Assembly (NCBI GenBank): GCA_007694935.1
Contig: REES01000041.1
Span: 440 to 64,439 of the forward strand
Direction of reading: 5' to 3'
DNA length: 64,000 nucleotides
Source: Rhodospirillales bacterium
GTDB taxonomy: Bacteria > Pseudomonadota > Alphaproteobacteria > Rhodospirillales > Defluviicoccaceae
The notes beneath the pieces were generated by a model. It ran no database searches. It was not told where the DNA came from and saw only the letters and a list, made by a program, of their open reading frames with translations. How positions within the stretch are numbered: the stretch's first letter is position 1; the number at the start of each line of letters is the position of its first letter. Of the stretch, positions 50,778 to 59,896 are shown in pieces. Position numbers and translations under genes: made by a program.

Positions 50778-50939
50778 TCGCACCCCCGTCCGCCCTGTTC
50801 ATGACCGGTTCAGCCGCGGTTTCGTAAACCGCTCGGCAGGCCAGGTGGCGACGGCCGTTCGGCCGGCCGGCGGGCCTGGTGGTGAACCGGATGAGAGGGT
50901 CCGCGCGGCTGCGGACCACAGCCAGAAGGAGAACTCGAC

Positions 50940-51485
50940 ATGACGATGCGACAGCTCCACGCTTTTGATCGGCTCGGCTTCGGGGCGAACGGCAGCCGGC
51001 GTCGCCAATCGGCACGGGCGGCCTTGGCCGCCGTCGCCGCGGCGGCGCTGCTGGCCGGCACCGGGGTGAGCCAGGCGGACATGGTGGGCAGCGCGGTGAG
51101 CACCGGCGGCAGCTTCACGCTGGCCGGCAGCACCGGGTCCACCATCGGGACCGGCGGCACGGTGATCTACGATGGTCAGATCGGCACCACCGTCGGCACC
51201 GGTGGCAGCTTCTCCGGACACGGCGGTGCCGGGTCCACCGTGGGCACCGGCGGCACCGCGATTTACGGCGGCCAGGTGGGCAGCACTGTCGGGACCGGCG
51301 GCAGTGTCTCGGGACGCGGCGGTGCCGGCTCGACCGTCGGCACCGGCGGCACCGCCATCGGCCATGGCCAGGTGGGCACGACCGTCGGTACCGGCGGCAG
51401 CTTCGTCGGTTCCGACCGGGCCGCATTCGGCCGGAGCCATCGGCCGGAACGGGGCAAGGGCCGCGACCGCGGCTACCGCGACTGA
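50940..51485 (+). CDS. Secreted Gly/Thr-rich 16-residue-repeat protein (no family I recognise)
   Basis: AAGGAG RBS, a Tat-like 'SRRRQSARAALAAVAAAALLAGTGVSQA' leader, then about 7 units of 'G(S/T)TVGTGG(S/T)xxxGxxx' and a basic tail 'RSHRPERGKGRDRGYRD'. Confidence 0.55.
   Translation: MTMRQLHAFDRLGFGANGSRRRQSARAALAAVAAAALLAGTGVSQADMVGSAVSTGGSFTLAGSTGSTIGTGGTVIYDGQIGTTVGTGGSFSGHGGAGSTVGTGGTAIYGGQVGSTVGTGGSVSGRGGAGSTVGTGGTAIGHGQVGTTVGTGGSFVGSDRAAFGRSHRPERGKGRDRGYRD
51087..51407. repeat. In-frame 48-bp (96-bp super-unit) tandem repeat inside the 50940-51485 ORF
   Basis: The DNA motif 'ggc(ag/ac)c.ccgt(c/g)ggcaccggcggca' recurs every 48 nt, and two alternating unit types give 96-nt periodicity. 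Confidence 0.7.
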
Positions 51486-51584
51486 GCGGGCGGCGCTATG
51501 GCCGCTTGAATGAGCCTGGGGCGCGGTGTCGCCGGCGCCGGCGCTGCCGCCCCCATCCTCCAATCCGATGAAGGGAGACGATCG

Positions 51585-51995
51585 ATGAAGGCATGGATCA
51601 GCGGATCGGCCGCGGTGATGGCGGCGGCGATGCTCGCCGCCGGCGGGGCGATGGCGCAACAGTCATGGGTGTCGGCGGACAGCGGCTCCGGAGCCGCCAC
51701 CACATGGTGGCACAGCACCGGCGTCGATGGTGTGGCCGAGGTGGTGGTGGTCGATCCGGGCGGGCAGCAGCGCCACTACCGGTGCCCGCCGGGCCGGGCG
51801 ATCACGGTGATCCAGAGCGGCGACAACAGTGCTGCCGCGGTAATGAGCGGCGGCAGCGGTGCCGGCGGGATCTCAAGTTCGGTCACCGTCGGCGGCGGCC
51901 GGGCCACCGCCACCACCACCATCGGCGATGGTCGCGGGCTCAGTGTGATCACCACCCCCGGCACCGGCTCGACCGTTGCCGTCACGTGCCGCTGA
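51585..51995 (+). CDS. Small secreted protein, Gly/Ser/Thr-rich, two Cys (unknown)
   Basis: GGGAGA RBS and signal peptide 'MKAWISGSAAVMAAAMLAAGGAMA'. The mature part is about 110 aa with Cys near the middle and at the C-terminus. Confidence 0.5.
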   Translation: MKAWISGSAAVMAAAMLAAGGAMAQQSWVSADSGSGAATTWWHSTGVDGVAEVVVVDPGGQQRHYRCPPGRAITVIQSGDNSAAAVMSGGSGAGGISSSVTVGGGRATATTTIGDGRGLSVITTPGTGSTVAVTCR

Positions 51996-52024
51996 GCCGG
52001 CAGCCGAAGCGGGGAAGAAAGAGC

Positions 52025-52438
52025 ATGTCCCGATGGATCCGTGCGCCGCTGCTGGCGGCGGTTTGCGCGGTTGTCGGCCTCGCCGGCGCGGAAGCGATGG
52101 CGGCGCCCCCGGACCGCGTCCAGAGCCGCGAGCTGGCGGCCGGCCGGTTCGACGACGGTAGCGCCGGCCTCCGGACCGGCTATGCCAGCGCGACCTCTCA
52201 GGTGCGAGCCGCCGGCGGCCGGGTAACCGCGACCGGCACGGCGGCGGCAGGGACCCTGACTGCCGGGCGGTATCCCGACGGTGCGACCGGCGTCCGGAAG
52301 GCGTCCAGCCGCACCCGCGTCACCGTCGCCGCCGACCCTGCCGGCAGCACCCAAGCCTATGGCACCACCACGGTCCGGACGTTGGAGGCCGGCCGCACCG
52401 AATCCGGCCCGGCCGGGCCTTCACCTGCCGGGCGTTGA
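52025..52438 (+). CDS. Small secreted protein with three 'AGR(F/Y/T)xxGxxG' repeats (unknown)
   Basis: Signal peptide 'MSRWIRAPLLAAVCAVVGLAGAEAMA'. The repeats are 'LAAGRFDDGSAGLRTG', 'LTAGRYPDGATGVRKA' and 'LEAGRTESGPAGPS'. Confidence 0.5.
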   Translation: MSRWIRAPLLAAVCAVVGLAGAEAMAAPPDRVQSRELAAGRFDDGSAGLRTGYASATSQVRAAGGRVTATGTAAAGTLTAGRYPDGATGVRKASSRTRVTVAADPAGSTQAYGTTTVRTLEAGRTESGPAGPSPAGR

Positions 52439-52490
52439 GCCCGTCCGCTCATCGGCCCGCCCTCGGAGGATCGGCACGCATGACGCCGAC

Positions 52491-52520
52491 AAAAAACCAA
52501 AGCCGCCGAGGGAGCGGCTC
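52491..52520 (-). terminator. Rho-independent terminator of the AhpD-like gene
   Basis: The minus strand reads 'gagccgctccctcggcggctttggtttttt': a GC stem 'agccgc/gcggct' plus a T-run, about 35 nt after the stop at 52555. Confidence 0.55.
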
Positions 52521-52554
52521 TGGCCAGTGAATAGGCGGAACGTCAGTGTGTGTG

Positions 52555-52959
52555 TTAGTCTTCGGTGAACATGGCGTCGACTTTCGCGCGCCACTCATCC
52601 ATATCGTAGAGAGTGCCCTGCAACTGATTGCTCCACTTGCGGACCAGGGCACCGGAGGCCAATGCCTCTATGATCTGTTCGTCGGTCGCACCGTGCGACT
52701 TGGCGGAGGCGGTATGATAGTAGACGCAGTACTCACACGGAACCTTCGCCGATACGGCCAGCGCGATCAAAGCCTTGGTCTTCGCGTCCAAGGCCCCGTC
52801 CGGGTCGAACACGGCTTGGTACTCCTCCCATGCACCCGACACGGCCCGCTCCGGCCAGGTTTCCGTCATGAATTCCGGCGGGTCGTCGGCACGGGCTGTG
52901 TCGATCGGCGCGAACGCGAGAGCGCCCGCAGCGATCAAGGTGGCGAGTAGTGTTCGCAT
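52555..52959 (-). CDS. Secreted carboxymuconolactone decarboxylase/AhpD-family protein
   Basis: Signal peptide 'MRTLLATLIAAGALAFAPIDTARA', then 'KTKALIALAVSAKVPCEYCVYYH' (the CxxC of the AhpD-like fold). ATG at 52959. Confidence 0.75.
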   Translation of the reverse strand: MRTLLATLIAAGALAFAPIDTARADDPPEFMTETWPERAVSGAWEEYQAVFDPDGALDAKTKALIALAVSAKVPCEYCVYYHTASAKSHGATDEQIIEALASGALVRKWSNQLQGTLYDMDEWRAKVDAMFTED

Positions 52960-53385
52960 CTGAACTCTCCATTGTTGCTCTGCTACCGGGTGTCGTTGGC
53001 TCCGCCGCGGGTCAGGCTCGATGACGGCAGCGGGGCACGGGGACCGGTTTTGCGGTCCGGCAAAATGCCGCCACGCCGCAGCCGGGATCATTGGTTCGGC
53101 GATCTTCGCGGCTTACGTGCCGGGCGGCATGACGCCTCCTGACGTGTGATCGGCAGTTGAAACAGCGGCGATTCTCCTGATCGGCGCTCGACCCGAGCCC
53201 TGCCCTTCACTGTTGGACAATCTCAATGGGGTGACGGTTCCCGTCCGCGCAGCAAAAAAAGGCGCTGGCCCCGTTTCCGCTATTGATCGGCTTTCAAGCT
53301 GGCGAGCGATTGGTGCCGGCGGACCCGCCGGCCAGGCCTCGCCGACGCGGATTGAGTTCTTCAGCGGCGGGTTTCCCCACCCCTC

Positions 53386-54276
53386 TCATCGCACCCCGGC
53401 GAGGGCCAGCAGCGCCGGCACCTGGGCGCGGATCTCGGCCGCCACCGCCTTGTCCAGGCGCTTGAGCCACGGCGCGGGGATCGCCGCCGCACCATAGGTG
53501 GCGCCGGCCAGCATGCCGGCGAGGGCGCCGGCAGTATCGGCATCGCCCCCCTGGTTGACGGTGTCGGCGATGCAGGCCCGTATGGAATCGGTACGGAAAT
53601 AGTGGTGGAGCACCGTCCGGACCGTATCCACCACGAACGCCGAGCAGGGGCCGCGATACTTTTCAAAGCGGAAGGCCGGGTGGCGTTCGGTCAGCGCCCG
53701 GGCCTCGGCCCGGCAATCGGGCATGCCGCCGCCCAGCACCAAGCGCTGCACCATCCGCCCCACCGCCAGCGTCGCATCGTCGGACAATGGGTGGTGATGG
53801 GTGGTGCGACATTGGATCACGGTCCAGGCGCGGAAGCGGTCGGGATCGTCAAGGGTGGCCAGCGCCACCGGCAGGTTGCGCATGCAGGCGCCGTTGCCGG
53901 CGTCGCCTTCGTTGAACGGCGCCGTCACGGAACCGTCGACGATGAAGCGGCGGATGCCGCGCCGGCAGGTGTTGCCCACGTCCACCGGCACATCACGGAG
54001 CCACGTCGCGAAGGCCGCGCACAGCGCCGCGGCATCCATGCCGCGCCGGTCGATCAGGGTGCGTCCTACCGCCAGCGTCATCTCGGTATCGTCGGTCACC
54101 TGCCCCGGCTTGAGGTCGAGCCAGCCGCCGCCGATCATCCGGCAGTGGTAGCCGTGCCGGGCGGCGATCTCGTTCGGGGTCATGAACTCCACGGTGGCGC
54201 CGAGCGCGTCCCCCACGGCAAAGCCGAGGTAGGCGCCGAGCGCCCGATCCAGGATGGTGTCCAGCTTCATGGGCAT
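53386..54276 (-). CDS. draG: ADP-ribosyl-[dinitrogen reductase] glycohydrolase DraG
   Basis: 'DRALGAYLGFAVGDALGATVEFMTPNEIA...GGGWLDLKPGQVTDDTEM' matches the DraG N-terminus. It lies downstream of draT. Confidence 0.9.
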   Translation of the reverse strand: MPMKLDTILDRALGAYLGFAVGDALGATVEFMTPNEIAARHGYHCRMIGGGWLDLKPGQVTDDTEMTLAVGRTLIDRRGMDAAALCAAFATWLRDVPVDVGNTCRRGIRRFIVDGSVTAPFNEGDAGNGACMRNLPVALATLDDPDRFRAWTVIQCRTTHHHPLSDDATLAVGRMVQRLVLGGGMPDCRAEARALTERHPAFRFEKYRGPCSAFVVDTVRTVLHHYFRTDSIRACIADTVNQGGDADTAGALAGMLAGATYGAAAIPAPWLKRLDKAVAAEIRAQVPALLALAGVR

Positions 54277-54366
54277 GATCTAGGCGTGATCCCGGGACCG
54301 GTGCAGGGTTGCAGACATCCGTCGGGCGAACGAGCGCCCTGCCCTGGGCGAGCGGCTTGCGGCTGC

Positions 54367-55194
54367 TCAGTAGTAGGTGGCCTGGACCCGGAAATCACCC
54401 CCTATGGCGATCACCTCGCCCTCGCCCTTGACCGCGTGCTGCGGCAGAAGCGCGTTGTAGAACAGGATCTTGGCGGTCGGCACCCAGGTCTCCAGGATAT
54501 AGGCCCCAAAACAGGTCGCGATATCGCGGTCCTCGGTGAAGGAGGTGACGTTGTTCAGTCGAATCACCACGGTGCGCCGATCGATCCGCTCGATCAGCGG
54601 GTGCTCGTCGAAATCGTTCACGCCGCGGTAGAGCAGCAGGCGGCGATCCGCCGGACCGTCGCGGCCAAGCCGCCATTGGGCGAACTCGTACAGCAGATCG
54701 AGCTGGCCATAGATCGCGTTGTTGTGGAATCGGCTGCCCATCTTCTCCTCGACGTAGCGGGCCCAGGCGGGGGCGGCGAAGCGGTCGATCGGCGCGCAAT
54801 GGAAGGTCGGCAGCAGGCCGAAGCGGCTCTCCACCCAGCCCTTCAGCACAGCCGCCTCGGCGCCGTTGGAATCGAAGGCCCAGCCGCGCAGCAGCCGGAG
54901 GTAGCTGGAGCGATAGCGCCGCCGTTCGCCGGGCTTGCGCGGGGCCATGCGCTGTTCGGGGTGCAGGCCGAATACCACCGCCATGTAGTCCTCGAACAGC
55001 TGGGCGGCACGGGCGCTGTCGCTGGCTGCGTCCAGCATGGTGAACAGATGGTGATGGGCCTCGCGGGCGCCGGCGATGTGCAGAACCGGTGCGGCGTCGT
55101 TGAACGCGGCACTGGCCAGCAGGTCCGTCGGGATGCCGACCAGGTTGGTGCTGTGACCACGGCGCCAGGCGCCGGTTTGCGGTGATGCGGACAC
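54367..55194 (-). CDS. draT: NAD+--dinitrogen-reductase ADP-D-ribosyltransferase DraT
   Basis: 'GHSTNLVGIPTDLLASAAFN...LFEDYMAVVFGLHPEQ' matches DraT. It is divergent from nifH, as in Rhodospirillum and Azospirillum. Confidence 0.9.
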   Translation of the reverse strand: MSASPQTGAWRRGHSTNLVGIPTDLLASAAFNDAAPVLHIAGAREAHHHLFTMLDAASDSARAAQLFEDYMAVVFGLHPEQRMAPRKPGERRRYRSSYLRLLRGWAFDSNGAEAAVLKGWVESRFGLLPTFHCAPIDRFAAPAWARYVEEKMGSRFHNNAIYGQLDLLYEFAQWRLGRDGPADRRLLLYRGVNDFDEHPLIERIDRRTVVIRLNNVTSFTEDRDIATCFGAYILETWVPTAKILFYNALLPQHAVKGEGEVIAIGGDFRVQATYY

Positions 55195-55341
55195 GCGATC
55201 CCCTTCCCCCGGCGCCGGTGGCCGAGATCATCGTATTTGAAGCAAGCTTCGTGCCAAGGGTTATCCATACCGTCCGTCCGGACCACCTGACAACCTTTCT
55301 CCCCAGAACTCTCCCACGAAACCTCACCCTCCCGGTGCGGA

Positions 55342-55560
55342 AGTACCCTTCCTCGTCACGGCGAGGCGAAGCCGAAGCCGTCCATTGACGGTGAGTCCTG
55401 GGGGGCGAACGAGGTGGATCGCGTCGCTGCGCTCGCGATGACGGGGAGAGTTCGCGACAGTGCCTTTCCTCGTCACGGCGAGGCGAAGCCGAAGCCGTCC
55501 ATTGACGGCGAGTCCTGGGGGGTGAATGGCGTGGATCGCGTCGCTGCGCCGGCGATCACG
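55342..55560. repeat. Two tandem copies (period 117 bp) of an imperfect-palindromic element of about 100 bp (REP/MITE-like)
   Basis: Copy 1 (55342-55443) and copy 2 (55459-55560) are about 90 percent identical. Each begins 'ttcctcgtcacggcgaggcgaagccgaagccgtccattgacgg' and ends 'gtggatcgcgtcgctgcgc..gcgat.acg', and the ends are mutually complementary (cgtcaYSgcgag). Confidence 0.75.
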
Positions 55561-55610
55561 ACCCGAGATCCGCCCTGGCGAGGCGCAGCCCGGGACCTCA
55601 TCCCCATCGG

Positions 55611-55626
55611 TGTTGAGGATCGGACA
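55611..55626 (+). promoter_or_regulatory. NifA upstream activator sequence (TGT-N10-ACA), distal
   Basis: 'TGTtgaggatcggACA' has the exact TGT-N10-ACA spacing, about 135 nt upstream of the sigma-54 promoter. Confidence 0.6.
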
Positions 55627-55639
55627 ATCCGGTCCGCTT

Positions 55640-55655
55640 TGTCGGGTTCCCAACA
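55640..55655 (+). promoter_or_regulatory. NifA upstream activator sequence (TGT-N10-ACA), proximal
   Basis: 'TGTcgggttcccaACA' has the exact spacing, about 105 nt upstream of the -24 element. Confidence 0.65.
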
Positions 55656-55665
55656 GCCGCGTTGA

Positions 55666-56727
<1,062 letters not shown>

Positions 56728-56768
56728 TCCGGCTCGTATCAAACGCCGCTTGCTTGAGGAGAATGACG

Positions 56769-58232
56769 ATGAGTTTCGAATACAGCAGCGACAAGGACTT
56801 CCATGAGCACCTGATCGAAGAGGTGCTGGAGGCCTACCCCGAGAAATCGGCCAAGCGCCGGCGCAAGCACCTCAACGTGGCCAGCGCCGGGGAGGACGGC
56901 GCCTCGGAGTGCAGCGTCAAGTCCAACGTGAAGTCCATTCCCGGCGTCATGACCATCCGCGGGTGCGCATACGCCGGCTCCAAGGGGGTGGTGTGGGGCC
57001 CGGTCAAGGACATGGTGCACATCTCCCACGGGCCGGTGGGCTGCGGCATGTACTCCTGGGCGCAGCGGCGCAACTACTACACCGGCCTGACCGGCGTCGA
57101 CACCTTCGGCACCATGCAGTTCACTTCCGACTTCCAGGAGCGGGACATCGTCTTCGGCGGCGACAAGAAGCTGAAGATCATCATCGACGAGATCGAGGCC
57201 CTGTTCCCGCTCGCCAACGGCATCAGCGTGCAGTCGGAATGCCCGGTCGGCCTGATCGGCGACGACATCGAGGCGGTCTCCCGGGAGAAGGCCAAGGACA
57301 TCGGCAAGCCGGTGATCCCGGTGCGTTGCGAAGGGTTCCGCGGCGTCTCCCAGTCCCTCGGCCACCACATCGCCAACGACGTGATCCGCGACTGGGTGCT
57401 GGACAAGGGCGAACCGGAAGCGGGCTTCGAGCCCGGTCCCTACGACGTGGTGGTGATCGGCGACTACAACATCGGCGGCGATGCCTGGTCGTCCCGCCGG
57501 CTGCTGGAGGAGATGGGCCTTCGGGTCATCGCCCAGTGGACCGGCGACAGCACCCTCGCCGAACTGGAGCGTGCGCCCCAGGGCAAGCTCAATCTCATCC
57601 ACTGCTACCGGTCGATGAACTACATCGCCCGGCACATGGAGGAGAAGCACAACGTGCCGTGGATGGAGTTCAACTTCTTCGGCCCGTCCCGGATCGAGAT
57701 GTCGCTGCGGGCAATCGCCGAGCGGTTCGACGACACAATCAAGGCAAACGCGGAGAAGGTGATCGCCAAGTACAAGCCCTTGGCGGAAGCGGTGATCGCC
57801 AAGTACAAGCCCCGTCTTCAGGGTAAGAAGGTGCTGCTCTACGTCGGTGGCCTGCGGCCGCGCCACATGATCAATGCGTACGAGGACCTGGGCATGGAAA
57901 TCGTCGCCACCGGCTACGAGTTCGCCCACAAGGACGACTACCAGCGCACCATGAGCTACGTCAAGGACGGCACCCTGATCTTCGACGACGTCACCGGCTA
58001 CGAGCTCGAGAAGTTCATCGAGCGGATCCGCCCCGACTTGGTCGGCTCCGGCATCAAGGAGAAATACTCCACCCAGAAGATGGGCGTGCCGTTCCGCCAG
58101 GTGCACTCGTGGGATTACTCCGGTCCCTACCACGGCTACGACGGCTTCGCCATCTTCGCCCGGGACATGGACATGGCGGTCAACAACCCGGTCTGGAGCC
58201 TGTTCAAGGCGCCAGCGTCGGCGGCGGCCTGA
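56769..58232 (+). CDS. nifD: Nitrogenase MoFe protein alpha chain NifD
   Basis: '[15 protein letters not shown]', '[10 protein letters not shown]', 'CPVGLIGDD', 'HCYRSMNY' and '[11 protein letters not shown]' are Mo-nitrogenase alpha-chain signatures. Confidence 0.97.
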   Translation: MSFEYSSDKDFHEHLIEEVLEAYPEKSAKRRRKHLNVASAGEDGASECSVKSNVKSIPGVMTIRGCAYAGSKGVVWGPVKDMVHISHGPVGCGMYSWAQRRNYYTGLTGVDTFGTMQFTSDFQERDIVFGGDKKLKIIIDEIEALFPLANGISVQSECPVGLIGDDIEAVSREKAKDIGKPVIPVRCEGFRGVSQSLGHHIANDVIRDWVLDKGEPEAGFEPGPYDVVVIGDYNIGGDAWSSRRLLEEMGLRVIAQWTGDSTLAELERAPQGKLNLIHCYRSMNYIARHMEEKHNVPWMEFNFFGPSRIEMSLRAIAERFDDTIKANAEKVIAKYKPLAEAVIAKYKPRLQGKKVLLYVGGLRPRHMINAYEDLGMEIVATGYEFAHKDDYQRTMSYVKDGTLIFDDVTGYELEKFIERIRPDLVGSGIKEKYSTQKMGVPFRQVHSWDYSGPYHGYDGFAIFARDMDMAVNNPVWSLFKAPASAAA

Positions 58233-58278
58233 CCGGCCCCGCCGTCGCCCGACCTGAACGGAAGAAAGGTTAGGATCC

Positions 58279-59817
58279 ATGCCTCAGAGCATTGAACAGG
58301 TAAAAGACCACGCGGAGCTGTTCCGCGAGCCCGAATATCAGGAGATGCTGCGGGAGAAGCGGGAACAGTTCGAGTGCCTGCATTCCCCGGAGCGGGTCAA
58401 GGAAATCGCCGAGTGGACGAAGTCCCAGGAGTACCGGGAAAAGAACTTCGCCCGTGAAGGACTCACCATCAACCCGGCCAAGGCGTGCCAGCCGTTGGGG
58501 GCGGTGTTCTGCGCCGCCGGCTTCGCCGACACGCTGTCGTTCGTGCACGGCTCCCAGGGTTGCGTCGCCTACTACCGTTCGCACCTGTCGCGCCACTTCA
58601 AGGAGCCGGCCTCGGCCGTTTCCTCGTCGATGACCGAGGACGCGGCGGTGTTCGGCGGCCTCAGCAACCTGGTGGACGGCTTGGCCAACGCCTACGCGCT
58701 GTACGAGCCGAAGATGATCGCCGTCTCCACCACCTGCATGGCCGAGGTGATCGGCGACGATCTGCATGCCTTCATCGGCAACGCCAAGGAGCAGGGCTCG
58801 GTCCCGAAGGACTTCGACGTTCCGTTCGCCCACACCCCGGCGTTCCACGGCAGCCACGTCAACGGCTACGACAACATGCTGGAAGGCATCCTCTCCCATC
58901 TGTGGCAGGGGCGGGAACGGACACCGGGCGAGTCGATCAACATCATCCCCGGCTTCGATGGCTACTGCGTCGGCAACAACCGCGAACTCAAGCGCATGCT
59001 CGATCTCATGGGCGTTGCCCACACCATCCTGCCCGACCCGTCGGACGTCTATGATACGCCCAGCGATGGGCAGTTCCGCATGTACGACGGCGGCACCAGC
59101 ATCGAGGCGGGCAAGGCGGCGCAGGACGCCAAGGCGACGCTGTCGCTGCAGGAATACTGCAGCAAGAAGTCCTTGCAGCTGGCCAAGGCCCAGGGCCACG
59201 AGGTCGCCTCCTTCCATTACCCCCTCGGGGTCGGCGCCACCGACGAGTTCCTGACCAAGGTGTCGGAACTCACCGGCAGGCCGATTCCGGAGGCGTTGCT
59301 GAAGGAACGCGGCCGGCTGGTCGACGCCCTTGCCGACTCCATGAGCATCGTCCACGGCAAGACCTTTGCGGTGTACGGGGACCCCGACTTCGTCACGGGG
59401 ATGGCCCGGTTCCTGACGGAGATGGGAGCCGAGCCCAGGCACCTGTTGGCCACCAACGGCACCAAGCCCTGGGCCAAGAAGCTGCGGACGACCCTGGAAG
59501 CCTCGCCCTACGGGGCCGGCGGCCAGGTGTGGCCGGGCGCCGACCTGTGGCACCTGCGCTCGCTGCTGTTCACCGAGCCGGCGGACTTCCTGATCGGCAA
59601 CAGCCACGGCAAGTACCTGGAGCGGGATACCGGCACGCCGCTGATCCGGCTGACCTTCCCGATCTTCGACCGGCACCATCACCACCGCTTTCCGACCTGG
59701 GGCTACCAGGGCGGGCTGCACGTGCTGGTCCGCATCCTCGACAAGATCCTGGACGGGCTGGACGCGGCCAGTGACCAGGCGGGTGTCAACGACATCAGCT
59801 TCGATCTGACCCGCTGA
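58279..59817 (+). CDS. nifK: Nitrogenase MoFe protein beta chain NifK
   Basis: '[11 protein letters not shown]', 'HGSQGCVAY', '[11 protein letters not shown]' and '[13 protein letters not shown]' are NifK signatures. Confidence 0.97.
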   Translation: MPQSIEQVKDHAELFREPEYQEMLREKREQFECLHSPERVKEIAEWTKSQEYREKNFAREGLTINPAKACQPLGAVFCAAGFADTLSFVHGSQGCVAYYRSHLSRHFKEPASAVSSSMTEDAAVFGGLSNLVDGLANAYALYEPKMIAVSTTCMAEVIGDDLHAFIGNAKEQGSVPKDFDVPFAHTPAFHGSHVNGYDNMLEGILSHLWQGRERTPGESINIIPGFDGYCVGNNRELKRMLDLMGVAHTILPDPSDVYDTPSDGQFRMYDGGTSIEAGKAAQDAKATLSLQEYCSKKSLQLAKAQGHEVASFHYPLGVGATDEFLTKVSELTGRPIPEALLKERGRLVDALADSMSIVHGKTFAVYGDPDFVTGMARFLTEMGAEPRHLLATNGTKPWAKKLRTTLEASPYGAGGQVWPGADLWHLRSLLFTEPADFLIGNSHGKYLERDTGTPLIRLTFPIFDRHHHHRFPTWGYQGGLHVLVRILDKILDGLDAASDQAGVNDISFDLTR

Positions 59818-59896
59818 CCTGGAAGCCCAGGCAAGTCGGGCGGCGGTGATCGGCGCCGCCCGGCTCAAGGCAAGCGCTGGCAGGGAGGCGCACGCC

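Noticed and set aside
57758-57812. Perfect 22-nt direct repeat 'ggtgatcgccaagtacaagccc' 33 nt apart inside nifD (peptide VIAKYKP twice)
   Set aside because: NifD proteins of other diazotrophs also carry two similar 'VIAKY(K/R)P' segments at this position, and the protein length is normal (487 aa). I therefore read this as a conserved feature, not an insertion or assembly artefact. The exact nucleotide identity may reflect local gene conversion.
59818-59896. sigma-54-like 'TGGAAG...GCA' and 'TGGCAG...CGCA' strings in the nifK-nifE spacer
   Set aside because: The GG-to-GC spacing is off by 1-2 nt from the obligatory -24/-12 geometry, and no TGT-N10-ACA site precedes them.
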